Made by a program: the position numbers and the translations under genes. This document shows, piece by piece, positions 25,905-38,642 of a DNA stretch of 64,000 nt. The first letter of the stretch is position 1; every line of letters starts with the position of its first letter. The notes beneath the pieces are model-generated. The model did not search any database, had not been told where the DNA came from, and worked only from the letters and a program-made list of their open reading frames with translations. Source of the stretch: Octopus vulgaris (Eukaryota); the NCBI GenBank assembly GCA_951406725.2, contig OX597831.1:8432001-8496000 (forward strand), written 5' to 3'.

Positions 25905-26407
25905 GTAAGTATCTCTAATATCCACTGATGATTGAATTTTGTGCATCTTTAAAATGATCTTAGCATTTAAACCGGCCGTATCCGGCCAAAAGTATTCTGC
26001 CTGTTTTATGTTCAAACTGGCCATATCTAATCTCTCACACCAACCCTACAATATAATTTTAAAAATTAATAGCTACCTCATCAAAATCTCGAAGCTACAA
26101 GATAATGCATGATTAGTTCAAAACAAAGTGGATGAAAAAGGATTAATTTTGGTAGAATAATGCGAACACTAAAGGGTTAAAATGATCTTGCACATAATAA
26201 TGCTGTTCCATTTTTTAATTTTTTTTGTTATTCCTGCCATTTTATTTATTTGCCATTATTTCCTAGAATTATACGCAGGTGAGTAACCATTACCCACTTC
26301 CACTTCAGCGGTGACTGTTCTTAACTGCTGCTACTTTTTACACAATTCCTTTATAATTTACATTTGACATTTAATTTCATATCTAATACTGTGACTGTTG
26401 TTTCTAG

Positions 26408-26569
26408 CCTGCAGATAATCCACATGGCATTGAAAAGGAAGATTTAGTCCTTAGTCTTCGCAGGTGTTTAACTGCAACCCCTAGTTTTGCTGAATTTGTA
26501 CTGCCACTCCTCTTTGACAAATTATCTTCAGATGTCCCAGACTCTCGAATCGATGCCATGCAAACTTTG
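26408..26569 (+). CDS. MMS19: MMS19 exon (PADNPHGIEKEDLVLSLRRCL...DAMQTL)
   Basis: tttctag / gtaagt, 162 nt, phase 0-0. Confidence 0.95.
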
Positions 26570-29500
26570 GTAAGTTTAAAAAACATTTGTTTTCCATTAT
26601 TATTCTATAAGTCCTACACACAACCTTGTAACCTGTGCAGACATGAAACAATGGATGCTTAGCAGTATTTCGTTTGTCTTTGCATTCTGAGTTCAAATTC
26701 CACTGAGGTCGACTTTGCCTTTCGTCCTTTCGGGGTCGATAAATTAAGTACCAGTTGCATACTGAGGTTGATCTAATTGACTGTCCCCTTCCCCAAAAAT
26801 TTCAGGCCTTGTGCCTAAAGTAGAAAAGAACACGAAGCAATGGATGTAGATGATGATGATGACGCAGACTTTTCAATAAAGTTGTCTTTTTTTTGTTTGT
26901 TTGTATGTATTTGTAGATGTTCAGTCTTGTCTGTGATGTATTGCAAGTTTGAAGGTTAATTTGAAGTTGTGTTTAGGCCCCTAATACTTATAAGTCCCTC
27001 ACAGCAGGGTTCATTCGGCAAGTATCTTCTAGCACAGCTTTCTGTTGACTAAAAGCTTTGTGTGTGGAATTTGTTAAAGGGAAACTTTGTGGAAGTGTGT
27101 CAGAGGAACTGTTCCTGTTCTTTGGTGAAGAACTTAAACCTTTACCAAAATTTAATGCTACAACCTGGCACTTGGTTATCTTCAACAGACAAAATCTCTG
27201 ATCGGAGAATATTTTTTACATGTTTCCTCACAACACCGAATCAGGTGGCCTTGAAAATGGGTGTCGGACACAACCATTTCTCATTTGATTTAACTATATA
27301 CAAATAGTAAAAGTCCCAGGCCATTTAATAATGCTTCCCAATTCACTTTCACTGGGTACCACCTCACTGCAATCTCTTGCCCAAGATGATTTCCTTTTTA
27401 TTTCTCATAATCCATCCGCTGTCTTCCTTCTTCTGAGAAACATGCAAAGTCTTTTATTATGAAAACAATTTTGCTTGAGAATTTCTCTTTCAGGGTTTCT
27501 GACCCCTTATTCATTTCGTTGTTGCAGCTCAGAGCCTTTATTTTCTGTGCAACTCTGCTTGACACTATTCATTAGTGTCTTGTTTAGCCACATTTTTTTC
27601 ATGTTTCCCAAATGAGAACATCTTCCAAGCAGATTTATGGTCAGAGGTACTCTTGTTGTGTCTTTTTACATAAAAAAATACTCTGTTGAATATATTTTTT
27701 TACTTTTTAAGATGGTAAATATGTATTTTATTTGAACCAAGTTCATGCTTGGCTGTGTGGCATCAAGCTTGCTTTCCAACCACCTGGTTTTGAGTTCAGT
27801 CCCACTGTGTGACACTTTTGGCAAGCATCTTCTACTAAAGCCCCAGACCAACCAAAGCCTTGTGAATGGATTTTATACTTGGAAACCAAAAAAAGCCCAT
27901 TGTATATGTTTGTGTTGCTGTCTCCTTGCCTTGAGTTTATGTGATGATTGTAAGCAAGTGTCACCATCATACAAGCAGTGTTGTTCCTTTCCAATCTTCC
28001 ATGAAAACATGTCTGGCCATGGGGAAACATTCACTGACTTTGAAACACGAGGGTTGGTGACAGGAAGAGCATCCACTCATAGAGAATCTGGTAACAAAAG
28101 GCTTAAATATGAAGACTGTAAAAACTTGTGATTCTTTGTATCAGGAAGGTTAAACTGCTATGAAGCTATATTTTGCTTTAAATCCACAAATTCTGTCTGA
28201 CCTGTAGGAGCAAGGAAGAGTGGACGTTAAAATGATGATGAAAATTTGGTTGCTTTTTCTAGCAACTTGAGTGACTTGAATTGAGAATTTATACATTATT
28301 AATTTGGTTGCTGTTAAGTCTGGATCACTTTTCCCAAATTGTTATCATCTCTTCCCTCCACATAGTTCTATCATTACTTTATTGTAAAAAATAACCAACC
28401 ATTAATTCCCACACGTTTAGCAAGTCTTTATCCCTTCTGACCATATTTCTAAAGCTACTTGGCAACCCCAAGAGTGATGGTGCCATTGGGGTAGCTAAGT
28501 GTCTCCTCTGTAGTTGCAAGCTACTTGGCTGTCCCAAGGGTGCTGGTGCCATGCAAGAAGCACCCGTGCTGGTGCCTCATAAAAAGCACCATGCTGATGC
28601 ACGTAAAAGGCACCCAGTGCCACTCTGTAAGGTGGTTGGCATTAGGAAGGGCATCCAACTGTAGAAACCAGGCCAAAGCAGACAACTGGAGCCTGGTGCC
28701 ATTTTCTGGTTTGCCAACATGGAAAGCAGATATGGAATGATGGTGATAATGATGATACACTGTTTAATTGTATTGATTAAGTTTAAAAATAACCCTATTA
28801 TCATAAAGCAGGCACTTGGTACATAGCATTTTTCTTTGTTTCTGTTGATGCTAAAATTATGATGGAAAGTTTTTAATTCAACCCTTTCGATACCTCTCAC
28901 CCAAGACCACCCGGGTTCAACAATATCAACTTTCTGTTCTAAAGTGATCAAAATCCCATGTTGATTAATTTTCTAAACACTAACTTAATAATAAAGCTAT
29001 TAAAAAAATGTTTCACTAAATTCTTAATTTATTTTCAAAAGCAATTGAAACAAAGGCAGTGTATTTCTTTAGAAATATGGTAACAAAAGGGTTGGATGTA
29101 GAGACTAAAAACTTGTGAGTTTGTATCAGAAAGGTTAAACTTGTATAAAAACTATATTTTGATTTTAAATGTATATTTCTAAATCAGCTACTAATTCTAA
29201 TGGCAAGAATCAGTTGTTGACCTTTAGTGAAATAAAAGCTGTTGGAATTTGTTTGAAATCAATTCAAATCTATTGATCTCTAATAAGTGCTTTGCTTCTA
29301 TGTAGGGACAAAGGCTAGAAAATAATAATAATAATAATAATAATAATCCTTGCTACTATAGGTACAGAGCCTGAAATTTGTTGGGTGGAGTAAATCTATT
29401 ACATCAACCTCAGTACTTAACAGGCCCTTTTTTTATTGACCCCTGAAAGGATGAAAGGCAAAGTCAACTTTGGCGGCATTTGAACCCAGAACATAAAGAC

Positions 29501-30004
29501 AAATGAAACCCGCTAAGCATTTTGCTCGGTGTGCTAACGATTCTGCCAATTCACCATAATTAATTATAATTTTCAAAGTGACACACAGTTACTGATCTAA
29601 TAAGTAGAAATAATAATGTTTCTATTTGATGATAATAATCCTTTTTACTAAAGGTGCAACGTCTGAAATTTTGGAGGAGGGGCTTAGTTGATTACATTGA
29701 CCCCCAGTATTTCACTGGTACTTAATTTATCAACCCCGAAAGGATGAAAGGTAAAGCTTACCTCGGCAGAATTCAATCATAATAATAATACTTAAACTAT
29801 TATTTGTTGCTGTTATTATTTCAATAACGAGCTTTTATCATTATCTAATTTGCGTAGCTCCTTTTTAATTATTTCTGAGAGATATTACCTCAAGACTATT
29901 TAAAGATTTTTTTTTTTTTTTCTTTTTGTGCAGCTCATCCCACCTAAACAGTTGCGATGTTTCACTCTGTTTGAATTGTATTTTCTCTCTCTCTTCTCTT
30001 TCAG

Positions 30005-30088
30005 GCTGAGGTTTCCCCTGTGTATGGAGCTGAAGCCCTCAATAAATATTTATCATTAAACGTGCTCTTCTCCATACTCAGAAATGAG
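30005..30088 (+). CDS. MMS19: MMS19 exon (AEVSPVYGAEALNKYLSLNVLFSILRNE)
   Basis: ctttcag / gtgaga, 84 nt. Confidence 0.9.
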
Positions 30089-31075
30089 GTGAGACTTTTA
30101 CTTTGTTTTCTATTTTGATGAGAAGGTACACGTGTCCAGGTGTGGTGAGAAGTTAGCTTCATAATCACAAAGTTCCAGGTTCAATTCCAGTGTTATCTGC
30201 TATAGTTCTGGGCTGACCAAAACCTTCTGAGAGGATTTGCTGGATGGAAGCAGAAAGAAGTCCACTGTGTGTGTGTGTGTGTTTGTGTCTCCCTGTATTG
30301 ACTTTTGTGAGACAGTTGTAAAATGATTGTCCTTCATTTCCAGTCTTCCAAGAAAACATGTCTGGCCATTGGGGAAATATTTTGTGGCTTGGAAACAAGT
30401 GAGGGTTGGTGACAGGAAGAGGATCCAGCTGTAGAAAATCTGCCTCAGCAAACTCTATCTGACCCATGCAGCAAGCACAGGAAAGTGTACATTAAAATGA
30501 CAACAATGACAATGAGAACAATATCATCTATTATGATGACATCGTTTAATGTCCACTTTCCATGCTGGCATGGGTTGGACGATTTTGACTGAGGGCTGAC
30601 AAACCAGATGGCTGCACCAGGCTCCAATCTTGATCTGGCAGAGTTTCTACAGCTGGATGCCCTTCCTAATGCCAATCACTCTGAGAGTGTAGTGGGTGCT
30701 TTTTACGTGCCACCAGCATGGGGGCCAGTCAGGCAGTACTGGCAATGACCTCGCTCGAATCCTTTTACACATGCCACCAGCACAGGTGCCAGTAAGGTGA
30801 TGTTGGTAACGATCACGCTCGAATGATGTCCTTTTATGTACCACTGGCACGGAAGCCAGCTGGCTGCTCTGGCAATGATCACGCTCGGATGGTGCTCTTG
30901 GCACCCTACTAGCACGGGCACAAGTGCCAGTAAGGCGACGCTGGTAACCATATTGATTAAACATCAAACACAAAGCTATAAATTGATTGTAGATAATTTG
31001 AAATAAGAGAGAAAGAGACTGTAAAGCTGTTTAGGCATTGGTGTTCTTGTAATGTTGTGCATTCTGTTCTTTCAG

Positions 31076-31162
31076 TTGATATCTGGCAGCATAGAAGCTC
31101 AAGAGGCTGCTTTGAAGGCAACACAAAATATTGCGTCCACGTTGACCGACCAAATAATCGAG
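31076..31162 (+). CDS. MMS19: MMS19 exon (LISGSIEAQEAALKATQNIASTLTDQIIE)
   Basis: ctttcag / gtaagt, 87 nt. Confidence 0.88.
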
Positions 31163-32656
31163 GTAAGTTGATCTGTTGTTTATGTTCTTAGTTGCTCGCT
31201 TAGATTCTTTTGAAGGGGGTCCAAGTCTGTCTGTGTCAGTTGAGTCATCTTCTTCTGTCTCAGTCTGTTCTTTACTTGTTTCAATCATTGGACTGTGGCT
31301 GTGATTAATGGCCACAGTCCAATGGTTTCAGCTGAACAAATCAACCTGTGTACTTAAGCATTTTTATCTTTTCAGTCTGGCACTCATTCCGGTGGTGTCT
31401 TTTGCTGACTACTAAGTTTCAGGGACATAAACAAATCAACGCAGGTTGTCAGGCAGTTGTGGGAGAGGTAACAAACACCTAACACACACTTGCCCAAGTT
31501 GCGTTGCCTTGGGGTTGAACCCAAAACTGTGTGGTTGCAAAGCAAGCTTCTTAACCATGCAGCCATGCCTGTGCCTATTTGTTCTGTTTGTTTTGCAATT
31601 GTTCAATCATATGAGAAATGGCAGTGTCTGATACCCATTTTCAAGGCCACCATGACTGGTGGGGAGGGTCAGGAGGAAATAAAGTTATTCTCAGATTGGA
31701 GACCCCTGTTGAAGATAACCAAGTGTCAAGATGTGGCATTAAACTTTGGTAAATGCTTAAGTTCTTTACCTAAGAACAGGAACTGCTCTGACATGCTTCC
31801 ACAAAATTTCCTTTCACCAAATTTCACACAAAAAGCTTTTGGTCAACCCAAAGTTATATCAGAAGTCACTTGCCCAAGGTTTTCCACTGGGCTTCAACTT
31901 GAAATCTATGTTATTGGAAGTGTGGTTACTAACCACATAGATGCAGGTGTGGTTGTGACAAAGGAACTTGCTTCTCAACCATTTGGTTTTGGGTTCAGTC
32001 CCACTGTTTGACACCTTGAGCAAGTGTCTTCTACTGTAGGCCTGGGCTAACCAATGTCTTGTGAGGGAATTTGGTAGATGGAAACTGAAAGAAGCCCATT
32101 GTGTATATTTGTATGTATGTTTTTGCTTATGTCTACCCTTATCTAGACATTGTTTAATGGTTGTAATCGAGCATCAATGTCATATAAGTGGGCATGTTCA
32201 TTTTCTGCCTTCCATGGGATACGGGGAAAATATTACCTTATTTGGAAATTGTTGAAGGCTGATGACAGAAAGAGTATCCAGCTGCAGAAAATCTTACTCA
32301 GCAAATTCCATGCAGCCCATTCAAGCATGGAAAAGTGGACATTAAAACAATGATGATGATGGTAGAAGAAGAATCTAACATTACTCGTTACTCCTGTTCA
32401 CTCAGCTGGCAAAAATCAGTCTTAAGACTCACAGAGTTCCTGGTCAGCATCAAGTTAACATGGCAGCATTAGTGAGTCTGTGATAAGGCCAAAAATGTTT
32501 GGCTAAAACATGTCCAGCAATGGTCAGCTCCATCCCTCTTTTGCCTTCTCTCTCTTAGACTTATTTCTGCTTGGTTTTTATATATAAATCTGTGCCATTG
32601 TATCACTTGTCATTTTAAATCTTTTCTTTTTTTCTTTTTTTTCCCAATAATTTCAG

Positions 32657-32705
32657 GATGACAGGGAGAGTCCTTTAAATTCATTCTTGAATTATATTTT
32701 AAAAG
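32657..32705 (+). CDS. MMS19: MMS19 exon (DDRESPLNSFLNYILK)
   Basis: tttcag / gtaact; supplies the phase 0 to 1 link needed for the next exon. Confidence 0.85.
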
Positions 32706-32944
32706 GTAACTTTTTTTAAAAAAAACTTTTTGTTTTCTTTTTATGAAAGAAAATTTTAAATGTCAAATTCTTGTATCTTTTACTTGTTTCAATCATGGAA
32801 CTGTGGCTTTAATAGGGCACTGTCTGAGGGGGGGGGGGGGTTTCTCGGTCAAATATATCAACCCCAGTATTTTTGGTGACTTGAGTTACAGACATGCTAA
32901 CAAACCAGCATTGGCTGCTAAGCAGTGGGGGAAGTTGACAAGTT

Positions 32945-32981
<37 letters not shown>

Positions 32982-33147
32982 CACATCCAAGTGTGTATGT
33001 TTGTATGTATGGTGTTAGGAAGGGCATCCAGCTGTAGAAATATGGCCAAATCAGACTGGAATCTAGTGCAGCTCCCTAGCTTGCCAGCTGTAGTCAAACT
33101 GTCCAACCCATGCCGGCATGGACAGTGGATGTTAAAAGTTGATGATG

Positions 33148-33197
<50 letters not shown>

Positions 33198-34890
33198 GCA
33201 TGATCTTCCACACAGTTTCCATCTATCAGATTCAATCACAAGCCATTGGGTGATCCTGGGGATTTAGCAGAAGACGCTTCAAGTGTGACTGGGAAGCAAA
33301 TTTCTTACCCCACAGCCACCCTTGCATCTCAAATATTTTTGAGACTAAGCCGAAGAGGTCATATTTTATCCACCCCTCCACCTACATTCCTTCACCATGA
33401 TCTCAGTTTTGAGTCTTCGTCTTTATCAATGCTGGCTGCTGTGCAAATAAAATTGTTATGTCACCAGAACATAATAAATGTAACTGATGCCAGAACAACT
33501 GGACCAAAACTGATGTTTATTTGTTCTCTTTTAATGTCGTTGTTGTTTGTTTGTACTTCAGGCCTGGGGTGGGGTTTTAAACGTAACCTTTTGGCATTCA
33601 GATTACTTTATCAAATGTAATGCTTATTCTTTCACATTGTTTCGAATAAACGTTGCATTATCTCATAGCTTTGAGATTTCAATGATGTGACTGTATATTT
33701 TTAGAATGACGTTGTAGGGTAGGTGTGAGAGGCCAGATCTGGCCAGTTTGAGCCAGTTTAAATGCTAAAGAGTTAAAGAATATAACTAGTGGCTGACCAA
33801 TTGTTTCGTGTCTGAATAAGTAATATTTTGTTTTAATGATTATATATAGGTGTTCAGGTTAACGTACCTGGCGCCTACTAGCGTCGCCTTACTGGCACTC
33901 GAGCCCCGTGCTAGTAGGGTATTAAGAGCACCATCTGAGCCAGAGCTGCTGTCTGGCCTCCGTGTCGGTGCCACATAAAAGACACCATTTGAGCGTGATT
34001 GTTACCAGCATCGCCTTACTGGCACCTGTGCTGGTGGCACGTAAAAGCACCCACTATACACTCAGAGTGGTTGGCGTTAGGAAGGGCATCAAGCTGTAGA
34101 AAATCTGCCAGATCAAGATTGAAGCCTGGTGCAGCCATCTGGTTCGCCAGCCCTCAGTCATTCGTCCATCCCATGCTAGCATGGAAAGCAGACGTTAAAC
34201 GATGATGATGTATTCTTTTACATCATTGCCTTCAAGAAGTTTTAGTTAAGTGAACCAAGCCCAATATTCAGGTGTTTTTAAAGCCTGGTACCTATTCTAT
34301 CAGCCTGTTTTGCTGAATGGCAGTGGGGAACACACACACAGGCATATTTATACATATGATGGGCTTCTTTCTCCCAAATCCACTCATAATGCTTTGGTTG
34401 GCCCCCAAGCTATTGTAGAAGACACTTGCCAAAGTGACTCACAATGGGTTTGAAACCGAAACCTCTTAATTTTCCCAACCCCTGAACAGAGTTTTTGATG
34501 TTCTGAGCAAAAATATTTTAAATTCAAATCTAGTATGCATGCATGTGTGTGTGTGTGTGTGTGTGTATTAAAATGCAACTTATTAAGCATGTGTTTGTAA
34601 ATTAAAATGAACAGCAACATTCTGCTGCTTGTGGCAGCAATACAACGACTTGCATGGTTGGTCATGCATCCTCTGCACAACTTAGAGGCAGTGATGCATG
34701 TAACAGTTTGTTAGGGTGAATTCCAGATTAACATGTATGGAGGGAAACAGATCTGGAAAGAAACCGAGTTTCAGAATTGATCAGTTGATCTCTTATTTTA
34801 GACTGTTTTGATGGTGTTTCTTTATGTTTTTGTTGACCAAATATTCAGATTGAATAAACAAAGGATACATTGGAATGTTCTCCATTTCAG

Positions 34891-35039
34891 TTTGCCGGTT
34901 AAATAGTCAACAGGAGGAACAGTTTGTTAATCACATGAGGCTCCTTCATAGCGCTGCTTCGGCATCAAAAGTTTCTGCAATTCATATTCTTCAAGAAAAA
35001 CTACCAGAGCTCTTGGAGATGAGTGAGAAAGCATGTCAG
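34891..35039 (+). CDS. MMS19: MMS19 exon (VCRLNSQQEEQF...LLHSAASAS...EKACQ)
   Basis: atttcag / gtaagg; LLxxAAxAS motif. Confidence 0.9.
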
Positions 35040-35119
35040 GTAAGGAGACATTGTTTCTAGGTTCTCATTAATTGTTTGCCTGTTCAGGATCTGCAGAATT
35101 TGAACTCCTGCCATTACTA

Positions 35120-35335
35120 CTCTTTTCTTTTAACCTCCTCTTTCCTTCTCTCCTCTTCCTCCTCTTTTCCACTTCCTCCTCCCCTCCTCCTCTTCCGCCT
35201 CTCCCCACCCTTCCTTCTCTTCTTTATCATCTCCCCTTCCTCCTCCTTTCTACTCCCTCCCCTTCGTCTCCCCTTCTCCTCTCTCCTTTCTCCTCTCCCT
35301 TCTCCACCTCTCTCCCTTCTCCTCTCCCCTTCCAG
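35120..35335 (+). repeat. Polypyrimidine (CT/CCT-rich) low-complexity tract
   Basis: About 215 nt almost purely C/T. Confidence 0.9.
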
Positions 35336-35798
35336 ACTGAGCAGTGTATTCTTGAGCAAAACACTTCCTTTCATGTTGCTCCAGTCCACTCAACTGTAAG
35401 TGGGTGACCACCCTGTGTCAAAGCAGCCTTCCAATCAGAGGGAGTGTTGGCCTATTGACCTATCCAGCATGGGTGCCATCATTTGAAAGCTAAACCAATG
35501 CAAAGTGCATTGGCAGCAGCGATGTATAACAACATCTGACAGTCTGGTTGATCAGGTGATATATATATATACACACTCACACATTTATGTATAGGTGCAG
35601 AGACCTTGTAGTTGCAAAGTGACCTTCTTGACCATTTAATCATGCTGTGGTCACCTACTTATTTATGTACACACACACACATGGAAAATGAATTTCCCTT
35701 ATCACAACTTGTCATTGCACAATTAAATAGAGTGATGTTCCACAATTATTGATTCATTCACTGTTGATCTTCTGTATTTCTTCTGTTATATTCATCAG

Positions 35799-35877
35799 TC
35801 AAACTGGAAAGTTCTTATTCTGAGGTGTATACACGGGTTTTTAGAAGCTACCAAATCTTTACCAGATTTGAAAAATG
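35799..35877 (+). CDS. MMS19: MMS19 exon (SNWKVLILRCIHGFLEATKSLPDLKN)
   Basis: catcag / gtgagt, in frame. Confidence 0.85.
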
Positions 35878-36069
35878 GTGAGTAGACTTCTTTTTTTGGT
35901 AAAATTGATCCCTAACCTCAACTGTGATTCTAATTACATAGAAAAGAAACAAAAAATCTTCAATATGTTCCACTGTTTTAGGGATAAAACAGTTCTATAT
36001 TTAAGAGATGAAGAATTATGTACATTATTTACATTTGATGAATATTTGTTCTCATCTTGTTTGTTGTTA

Positions 36070-36113
36070 ACACAACGTTTTGGCTGATATACCCTCCAGC
36101 CTTCATCAGGTGT
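36070..36113 (-). ncRNA. Penelope-type minimal type I hammerhead ribozyme remnant
   Basis: Minus strand ACAC-CTGATGA-A-GGCTG(loop)CAGCC-AAAA-CG-TT-GTGT; one core change (GAAA to AAAA). Confidence 0.6.
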
Positions 36114-37192
36114 CTTGGGGGAAATTTCGAACCTAGGTTCTCATTCCTAAGGTATTTTTCGATGTTATTATCATTATTATTATATGCCCACAGGCATATG
36201 GTGTGGGCTACTAACCCCAAGATTCCAAGTTTGATTCCAGATGAATCAATGATGTGACCTCTTTGTAGTTCCTTGATCTTCTAGAAATAGCAGCCAAATG
36301 TTTCTCAAAACATGTTCTGCCATCTTTACAAACGAAAGACACATTTGAAGATGTAGTCCTGGATACCTTTGTCTCAAATGAAGACACAAAATGTTCACAA
36401 CTGGAATACCTTTGGTCATAAGTCTGCTGGATTGGGATTGACCTACAGCCAAAAAAAAATGCTCTTGTCTTTAACTTCCAAATGCACAAGGATTGCTAGG
36501 CTGCATCCAGGAAAAAAGGTCAACCGATGCCTTGTGAATGAATTTGGTTGATGGAAACTGTGTAGAAGCCCATCATATGTATGCATGTGTGTGTTTCTTT
36601 GTGCTGTGTTTCCCCCCCCCCCATAACATAGCAGTACAGCGAAAGAGACTGATAGAATAAGTACCAGGATTTAAAATAAATCCTGGAGTGGATTTGTTTG
36701 CCTAAACACTAGATGGTGGTGCCCCAGAATGGCCACAGGCCGATGATTGAAACAAGTGTAATATAAAAGGTAAAGACAATAATGTTTTGTTATTATTCGC
36801 CCTTGTGGCAAATAAATGAAGTTATCATTATTATTATTATTATTATTTGTGGCATTACATTTGCTTGATATAAAAATGTAAAAGCGAATCCATAGAGGCT
36901 GGTTGTGATCTGCATTTAGGAAAATCAGCAGAAAAAAATGCAATGGAACTGCCATGGGGCAAGTCCTTGTTCAGGGTTGACAAGAGAGAAATAAGAGAAA
37001 GACATCAGAATTTCACATTGTCTACATTTGAGAAACTGGCTTCTTGTATTTCTTTTACCTTGAAGACACACTCTCTGAAACATCGGATATTTCTTGTTCT
37101 CTTTCTGTCCCTTGTTGCATATATTTCACTCCTTCTTTCGGAAGCTGATTAATTTCATTGTTCTCTTTTTTTTTTCTTTCTAATTTCTACAG

Positions 37193-37400
37193 AAGAAAAT
37201 CCTGTCTCTCAGCATCTCAACAAAATATTTGCCATGTTCACAACCTGTTTAAGTAACTCGAGTGTCTCACTTTGTTTGATTAGTGTTAAGTGTCTTGCTT
37301 TGCTGTTGGATTATCACGACATCCTCGACCCTGATAAAAAGTCGTTAATTATGCAACACATTCTCATAGTTATGAGTAAAACAAAAGATGAAATTCTAAG
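37193..37400 (+). CDS. MMS19: MMS19 exon (EENPVSQHLNKIFAMF...KDEIL)
   Basis: ctacag / gtaagt, 208 nt open. Confidence 0.88.
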
Positions 37401-38642
37401 GTAAGTATTTTGATTAATCCATTCGTTATCTCTACCTACCTGTGATTGCTCTCTTGTTCTATAATACAAAATATCTCATTCTATGGTGCTCATTTTTAAA
37501 TGAAACCCTGCCATCCTTATTTTAAGCAGAGATTTTTGTTAGGTTATGTTCAAAATACTTGTTTAACCGTTTGCTTATCCAAAGCATTTTCATAAGTTTG
37601 TCCTCAATGTCCAGGATTGTTTCCAGGCTTTTAGTTAGCCTTTGGATAATATGTTCTGAGTAACATAAAGCTTTCCTTTCATGAGACTAAAGTTCCTCCG
37701 GTGGTTGAAAAAAATTGGGAATGTATATCATATATGATGCGTGGATGCCAAGGAAATATATCTTGTGTGTCACATGTGATGCACGGGACAGGCAAAGGGC
37801 TGATGGTTCTTCATGTAAGCACCAGGCTAGAAATTTTTGTGACAGAGAGAGCAGTTGATTTATATAATTTGCAATACTCGGTTTGTACTTTATTTTATCA
37901 ATCTAACCATCCAAACGTGGCCGTTGCCAGCGCCGCCTCAACTGGCCTCCGTGCCGGTGGCACGTAAAAAGCACCAACCGATCGTGGCTGTTGCCAGCCT
38001 CGCCTGGCACGTAAAAAGCACCCACTACACTTATGGAGTGGTTGGCGTTAGGAAGGGCATCCAGCTGTAGAAACACTGCTAGATCAGACTGGGCCTGGTG
38101 CAGCCTCCTGGCTTCCTAGACCCCAATCGAACCATCTAACCCATGCTAGCATGGAAAGCGGATGTTAAAAAAAAAAAATCCTAAAAAGATGAAAAGCAAA
38201 GCCAACCTGAGTAGGATTTGAACTCACTACACAAAGGTCATAATTAAATACCACAAGGTATTGTGTTAATGCTCTGACAATTCTGTCAATCAGTTATTAG
38301 CTTGATAATGAAGTACTTTGTTATTTTAATAAATTCCTGAAAGTTTTGATCATTCTGAAAATGCCCAAGGACTGCCGCCATAGAAACCATGCCAGAGCAG
38401 ATGGTGGAGCTTTGTGCTGTCCTCTGCCTAGCCAGCTCCTCTCAAACCATGCAACCCATTCCAGCATGGCAACAGGGATGTTGAATGATGATGATGATGA
38501 TAAGATCTTTCCCTTTGTAAGAAGTCAATAAGTGTTGCCCTAATGAAAAATCAATTTATTTAATTATTTATTCAAACTGTAAACATTAATGTTCTCTTTT
38601 TCTTCTTTATCTTTATTTTTCTCCTTCAAATTCTGTTGGCAG

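Noticed and set aside
28090-29170. Roughly 90-bp similar segments near 28090 and 29080
   Set aside because: Short, diverged local duplication at a MITE edge with no evident function.
35072-35407. Pro/Leu/Ser-rich and Arg/Glu/Gly-rich ORFs
   Set aside because: Translations of the polypyrimidine tract; only the 60-nt candidate exon is kept as a finding.
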